This document shows positions 26,858-31,277 of a DNA stretch of 31,277 bases, piece after piece. The DNA is from an uncultured bacterium. GTDB lineage: Bacteria; Hydrogenedentota; Hydrogenedentia; Hydrogenedentales; JAEUWI01. The position numbers were made by a program, and so were the translations under genes. The notes beneath the pieces are model-generated. The model did not search any database, was not told the DNA's origin, and was given only the letters and a program-made list of their open reading frames with translations. The number at the start of each line of letters is the position of its first letter. Position 1 is the stretch's first letter. Location of the stretch: contig CAXBPH010000057.1 of NCBI GenBank assembly GCA_963977445.1, positions 1 to 31,277 of the forward strand. The letters are read 5' to 3'.

Positions 26858-28177
26858 ATGTCAGAAGCTACCGCAAAGAATCCGCAAGCGCTTTATCTCG
26901 ATGATCTTGCGCAGCAGGATAGTAACGGTCATGCACCGTGGCTCCGCGATATTCGTGCGGGCGGCAAGGTTGCCCTCGAATCAGCCACCTTTCCCCACAG
27001 TAAGATGGAAGAATGGCGCCACACCAATGTAGGGCCCGTCACCAATACCCACTACGGCGCGGCAATGCCCTTTATTGAGGGTTCCCTTTCGGCCACGGCC
27101 CTGGAAGGCGCCAGCCTTGCCGGTGCAGGCTGGATTGAGCTGGTCTTTATAGACGGTCAATACAGTGCGGGCCTCTCCACCATCCCGACGCTGCCCAAGG
27201 GCGTCATCGTGGGTGGTATTCATGCCCTGCAAGATGTAGACGCCCTGCAGCAGCATGCCAACAAGATTCTTCAGGACCGCAATGCCTTTACCGCGTTGAA
27301 TACGGCCTTTCTTCACGATGGTGCCTTTGTATACGTGCCGAAGAAAGTCGCCCTGGAGACCCCTGTCCACCTGCTCTTCGTGAGCACCTCCGGTATGGTC
27401 GGCGCAGCCGCCCATGTGCGCAACATTATTGCCCTGGAAGAAAGCAGCGAAGCTACGGTAACGACGTCCTACGTCGGACTGGATGAAACGGCAAATTATC
27501 TCAACAACATTGTTGAAGAGATTTACGTGGGTGCCAACGCCAAATTGACCTACTACAAGTCCGTCAAAGAAGGCGCGGCCGGTAACCACCTGGCCACCTC
27601 GGAAGTCCTCCAGGATCGGGACAGTCGTCTCGTCTCGCTGGTGGTCAGTCAGGAAGGCAAGGTCACGCGAAATCAGAGTTGTGTGAAATTCGCCGGCGAA
27701 GGTGCGGAATGCGCATTACACGGCTTATATATGAATGACCATGACCGCCTGATTGACAACGTGTTGAACATTCACCACGCCGCACCGCGCTGTAACAGCC
27801 GCATTGCCTACAAGGGCATCCTCGATGGCAACAGCAAAACGGTCTTCACGGGCAAAGTGAATGTGGATCAGATTGCCCAGCAGACCGACTCGGACCAATT
27901 GAGCAACAACCTGCTCCTTTCCGATGACGCCACGCTGGACACCAAGCCCCAGTTGGAAATTTATGCAGACGACGTGAAGTGTACCCACGGTGCCACCGTC
28001 GGCTCCCATCCGGAAGCCATCATTTTCTATTTCCGGAGCCGGGGCATTGGCGAAGAAATGGCGCGCGGTATGCTCACCTTTGGCTTTGCCGACGAGATTA
28101 TCAGCGAGATTAAGGCGGACGCCCTTCGTGATCGCCTGGAACAGTATATTTTCGAAAAATACAGCCCCGATTTTTAG
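26858..28177 (+). CDS. sufD: Fe-S cluster assembly protein SufD
   Basis: EEWRHT, FTALNTAF, YKGILDG, NLLLSDDA, KPQLEIYADDVKCTHGATVG and YFRSRGI. GGAG RBS. Confidence 0.96.
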   Translation: MSEATAKNPQALYLDDLAQQDSNGHAPWLRDIRAGGKVALESATFPHSKMEEWRHTNVGPVTNTHYGAAMPFIEGSLSATALEGASLAGAGWIELVFIDGQYSAGLSTIPTLPKGVIVGGIHALQDVDALQQHANKILQDRNAFTALNTAFLHDGAFVYVPKKVALETPVHLLFVSTSGMVGAAAHVRNIIALEESSEATVTTSYVGLDETANYLNNIVEEIYVGANAKLTYYKSVKEGAAGNHLATSEVLQDRDSRLVSLVVSQEGKVTRNQSCVKFAGEGAECALHGLYMNDHDRLIDNVLNIHHAAPRCNSRIAYKGILDGNSKTVFTGKVNVDQIAQQTDSDQLSNNLLLSDDATLDTKPQLEIYADDVKCTHGATVGSHPEAIIFYFRSRGIGEEMARGMLTFGFADEIISEIKADALRDRLEQYIFEKYSPDF

Positions 28178-28186
28178 GCTCCTGCT

Positions 28187-29458
28187 ATGGCTTCCCTTAC
28201 AGAACAAAACACCATCGATCGCCTGGACGTATTGCGTCAGGAACTTGATGTGGATAAAATCCGCGCGGACTTTCCCATACTCGGGATTGAGTGCCACGGG
28301 AAGCCCTTGGTCTATCTGGACAATGCGGCAACTTCCCAGACGCCCCGCCAGGTGGTGGAATCCATTTCGGACTATTACTACACCAAGAATGCCAACGTTC
28401 ACCGTGGCGTTCATATGCTGAGTCAGGTGGCCACCGATGCCTATGAATCGGCGCGAAACAAGATTGCCCAGTTTATCGGGGCCCACGTGGGCTGTGAAAT
28501 AATCTTCACCAAAGGCACCACGGAAGCTATCAATCTGGTGGCCCAGACTTACGGCCGCAAACACATACGCACCGGTGACGAAATTCTCATCACCTATATG
28601 GAGCACCACTCCAACATCGTGCCCTGGCAGATGCTCTGCGAAGAGACGGGTGCCGTGCTGAAGGTCGTTCCCATCAATGATGATGGCGAAATGATCATGG
28701 AGGAGTTTGACGCCCTCCTGTCCGAAAAAACCAAGCTCGTCTCCGTGGTGCACGTGTCCAATGCGTTGGGCACCGTCAACCCCATTGAGACCATCATCGA
28801 AAAAGCCCATGCCCTGGGTGTTCCGGTGCTCCTTGACGGGGCCCAGAGCACGCCCCACATGCCCATCGATGTGAAGGCCCTCGACGTAGATTTCTTCGCC
28901 TGCTCTGCCCACAAGATGTATGGCCCCACGGGGCTGGGCATCCTCTATGGCAAGGCGACCCTGTTGGAGGAAATGCCCCCCTTCCACGGCGGTGGCGACA
29001 TGATCCTCTCGGTTACCTTTGAAAAGACCGTCTTCAATACCCTGCCCTATAAATTTGAAGCGGGCACGCCCCCCATTGCCGGGGTCGTCGCGCTCGGGGC
29101 CACGGTAGACTATCTGAAGTCGATCGGTATGGAAAAAATCGCGGCCTACGAAGCGGCCCTCCTCGACTATGGCACCGAAGCCCTCCTGAAGGTGGACGGG
29201 GTCAAGCTCATCGGAACCGCCAAAGAAAAAGCGGGCGTACTTTCTTTTACCATGGAAAGCGCCCACCCCCACGATATTGGTCAGATCCTCGACGACCACG
29301 GCGTTGCCATCCGCACGGGACACCATTGCGCCCAACCAGTGATGAAACGCTTCAACGTGGCAGCCACGGCCCGAGCCTCCCTCGCCATGTATAACACCCG
29401 AGAAGAAATCGACGCGCTTGTGTTGGCGCTGGAAGATGTAAATAAGGTATTTGCCTGA
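28187..29458 (+). CDS. sufS: Cysteine desulfurase SufS (group II)
   Basis: LVYLDNAATSQTP, ANVHRG, MEHHSNIVPWQ, SAHKMYGPTG (PLP Lys) and RTGHHCAQP (catalytic Cys). Confidence 0.98.
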   Translation: MASLTEQNTIDRLDVLRQELDVDKIRADFPILGIECHGKPLVYLDNAATSQTPRQVVESISDYYYTKNANVHRGVHMLSQVATDAYESARNKIAQFIGAHVGCEIIFTKGTTEAINLVAQTYGRKHIRTGDEILITYMEHHSNIVPWQMLCEETGAVLKVVPINDDGEMIMEEFDALLSEKTKLVSVVHVSNALGTVNPIETIIEKAHALGVPVLLDGAQSTPHMPIDVKALDVDFFACSAHKMYGPTGLGILYGKATLLEEMPPFHGGGDMILSVTFEKTVFNTLPYKFEAGTPPIAGVVALGATVDYLKSIGMEKIAAYEAALLDYGTEALLKVDGVKLIGTAKEKAGVLSFTMESAHPHDIGQILDDHGVAIRTGHHCAQPVMKRFNVAATARASLAMYNTREEIDALVLALEDVNKVFA

Positions 29459-29913
29459 TGTCCGACTCCCGCGCCCTCTATGAACAGGTGATCCTCGATC
29501 ACAACAAGAACCCCCGCAACTATAAGAAGTTGGAAGGGGCCGATCAGAGCATTGAGGGCTTCAATCCCCTTTGTGGCGATCATTTCACGGTTCACCTCAA
29601 TTTTGATGGCGAAACCATTTCCGAGATCGCCTTCGAAGGCTCGGGCTGCGCCATTTCCAAGTCGTCGGCATCGGTCATGACCACCATCCTCAAGGGCAAG
29701 ACCCGGCAGGAAGCAGAAGCCCTCTTTAAAACGTTCCACGATATGATTACCGCTGATCCGGAAACGCCCATAGACGAAACGGCCCTGGGCAAACTCCGCG
29801 TGTTTGCCGGTGTCCGGGAATTCCCCGTACGCATCAAATGCGCCACCCTGGCCTGGCATGCCCTGCACTCGGCCATTGCCGGTGACGCCGACCCGGTCAG
29901 CACAGAAGCCTGA
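29458..29913 (+). CDS. sufU: SUF system NifU-family sulfur-transfer protein SufU
   Basis: LYEQVILDHNKNPRN, NPLCGD, GCAISKSSAS and RIKCATLAW. TGATG overlap with sufS. Confidence 0.95.
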   Translation: MSDSRALYEQVILDHNKNPRNYKKLEGADQSIEGFNPLCGDHFTVHLNFDGETISEIAFEGSGCAISKSSASVMTTILKGKTRQEAEALFKTFHDMITADPETPIDETALGKLRVFAGVREFPVRIKCATLAWHALHSAIAGDADPVSTEA

Positions 29914-29950
29914 GCAAGCCACGGGCACACCCCGGAAATGCCCATTCAAG

Positions 29951-29980
29951 TTGTAGTGCCAACAGGCCGTATGATAGTAT
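29951..29980 (+). promoter_or_regulatory. Candidate promoter for nadA
   Basis: TTGTAG at 29951-29956 and an extended -10 TGA-TAGTAT at 29972-29980; an overlapping TATGAT sits at 29970-29975. Confidence 0.45.
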
Positions 29981-30129
29981 CCGCAGTTAAATCGACGCCC
30001 TCGAGGCAAAAGTTCCACCGCTGCGTCACGAAAGGAAGCCAAACAGCATCCCGCGATAGCTATCGCGCACCACGATCTGTTTGACTCGCACGTTCATTTG
30101 AACGCCACAATTGAGGAATCGAGTTCACC

Positions 30130-31203
30130 ATGACTTACGCCGATGCGCTTGAATGCAGTACCTCGTTGGACGAAATCCGAACGCAATTGCGGGTAAAACT
30201 GCAAGAAGTCATGCCGGAATTCGAAATTGACGCGAAAGCGGAAATTGCCCATCAGATCAATCTCTTGAAAAAAGAGATGAACGCCGTTATTCTCGGCCAC
30301 AACTACATGGAGCCGGCCCTCTACCACTCCGTGCCCGATTATGTGGGCGATTCCCTCCATCTCTCCGCCGTTTCCGCCAAAACCGACGCCGACATCATTG
30401 TTTTCTGTGGCGTGTGGTTCATGGGCGAAACCGCCAAAGTGCTGAACCCCAGCAAGACCGTCCTCGTGCCCTCCAACAAGGCGGGTTGTTCCCTGGCCTC
30501 CGGCATAAAAGCCAGCGACGTGCGCGCCCTCAAAGCCCAATACCCCGGCGTACCCGTCGTCACCTATGTAAACACCTACGCCGACGTTAAGTGCGAATCC
30601 GACTACTGCTGCACCTCCGGGAATGCCAGCCAGGTCGTGGCCCACCTCATCGCCGAAGGTCACAAGCGCATCATCTTCCTGCCCGATGAATACCTCGCAC
30701 GCAACACGGCCTCCGAAATGGGCATTGCCTACGCACCCGCCCTCGACCTCGCTGCGGCCGCCGCCCTCGACCCCGACGTGCCCGCGGTCCTCGGCTGGAA
30801 CATTCGCTGCGAAGTACACGAACTTTTCACCCCCCAGGACGTGGACAACATCCGTCGGCAATTCCCCGGCGCGGTCATCCTCGCCCACCCCGAGTGCAGC
30901 CCCGAAGTCATCGAAAAGGCCGACGTCTCCGGCAGCACCAAAGTCATGGTGGACTACATCGAAAACGTCGATGCCCCCCGTTACGCTCTCCTCACCGAGT
31001 GCAGCATGGGCGACAACATGGCCGGCCAATTCCCCCACCGCGAAATGATCCGCAGCTGCAACCTCCGTTGCCAGCACATGAACCAGATCAGCCTCGAAGA
31101 CACCCTCCTCGCGCTCCAGAAGATCCAATACAAAGTAGAGCTCGACGACGCCATCATCCAGGGTGCCCGCAAGCCCATCGACCGGATGCTGGAAATCCGG
31201 TAA
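30130..31203 (+). CDS. nadA: Quinolinate synthase A ([4Fe-4S] enzyme)
   Basis: ILGHNY, GDSL, FCGVWFMGETAK, AGCSLA, YVNT, CTSGNA, FLPDEYL, CEVH, AHPEC, GST, TE and CQHM. GAGGA RBS at 30113-30117. Confidence 0.97.
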   Translation: MTYADALECSTSLDEIRTQLRVKLQEVMPEFEIDAKAEIAHQINLLKKEMNAVILGHNYMEPALYHSVPDYVGDSLHLSAVSAKTDADIIVFCGVWFMGETAKVLNPSKTVLVPSNKAGCSLASGIKASDVRALKAQYPGVPVVTYVNTYADVKCESDYCCTSGNASQVVAHLIAEGHKRIIFLPDEYLARNTASEMGIAYAPALDLAAAAALDPDVPAVLGWNIRCEVHELFTPQDVDNIRRQFPGAVILAHPECSPEVIEKADVSGSTKVMVDYIENVDAPRYALLTECSMGDNMAGQFPHREMIRSCNLRCQHMNQISLEDTLLALQKIQYKVELDDAIIQGARKPIDRMLEIR

Positions 31204-31277
31204 ACCGAATTTACAGGTAGATTATAGCGTTTTAAATAAAACTGTAGCCATTTATCTGTTTTGTGCTATAAGTATTG

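Noticed and set aside
27725..29335. 536-aa minus-strand ORF
   Set aside because: Antisense shadow of sufD/sufS.
30004..30046. c-di-GMP-I riboswitch (GGCAAA...GAAA...)
   Set aside because: The GGCAAA and GAAA words are present, but the P2 pairing and GACGCAAAG segment do not fit.
30094..31128. 344-aa minus-strand ORF
   Set aside because: Antisense shadow of nadA.

Overview
GC-rich bacterial chromosomal segment with no rRNA, tRNA, CRISPR or transposase genes recognised. (1) 396-17497, minus strand: a six-gene MoxR/von Willebrand A cluster with its own sigma70-type promoter. It encodes a membrane coiled-coil protein, a MoxR AAA+ ATPase, a DUF58 protein, a BatA-vWA protein, a double-vWA/GATase-like membrane protein and a 2926-aa exported TPR protein with a C-terminal beta-sandwich. 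(2) 17958-20700, plus strand, divergent: two separately promoted paralogous proteins that end in a complete MshEN (GspE-N, c-di-GMP receptor type) domain but have no ATPase. (3) Minus strand: a sulfatase with a non-canonical CHMSR motif and a Tat-exported sugar-phosphate isomerase/epimerase. (4) Plus strand: sufB-sufC-sufD-sufS-sufU, then nadA behind a long structured leader. Three intergenic regions (1-426, 20703-21320, 22940-23084) hold palindromic repeat mosaics of at least three families, including a nested insertion and tandem copies of the TPR gene's own 3' end. SufB lacks a normally conserved 6-aa segment. All product calls come from motif recognition by eye; no database search was run.
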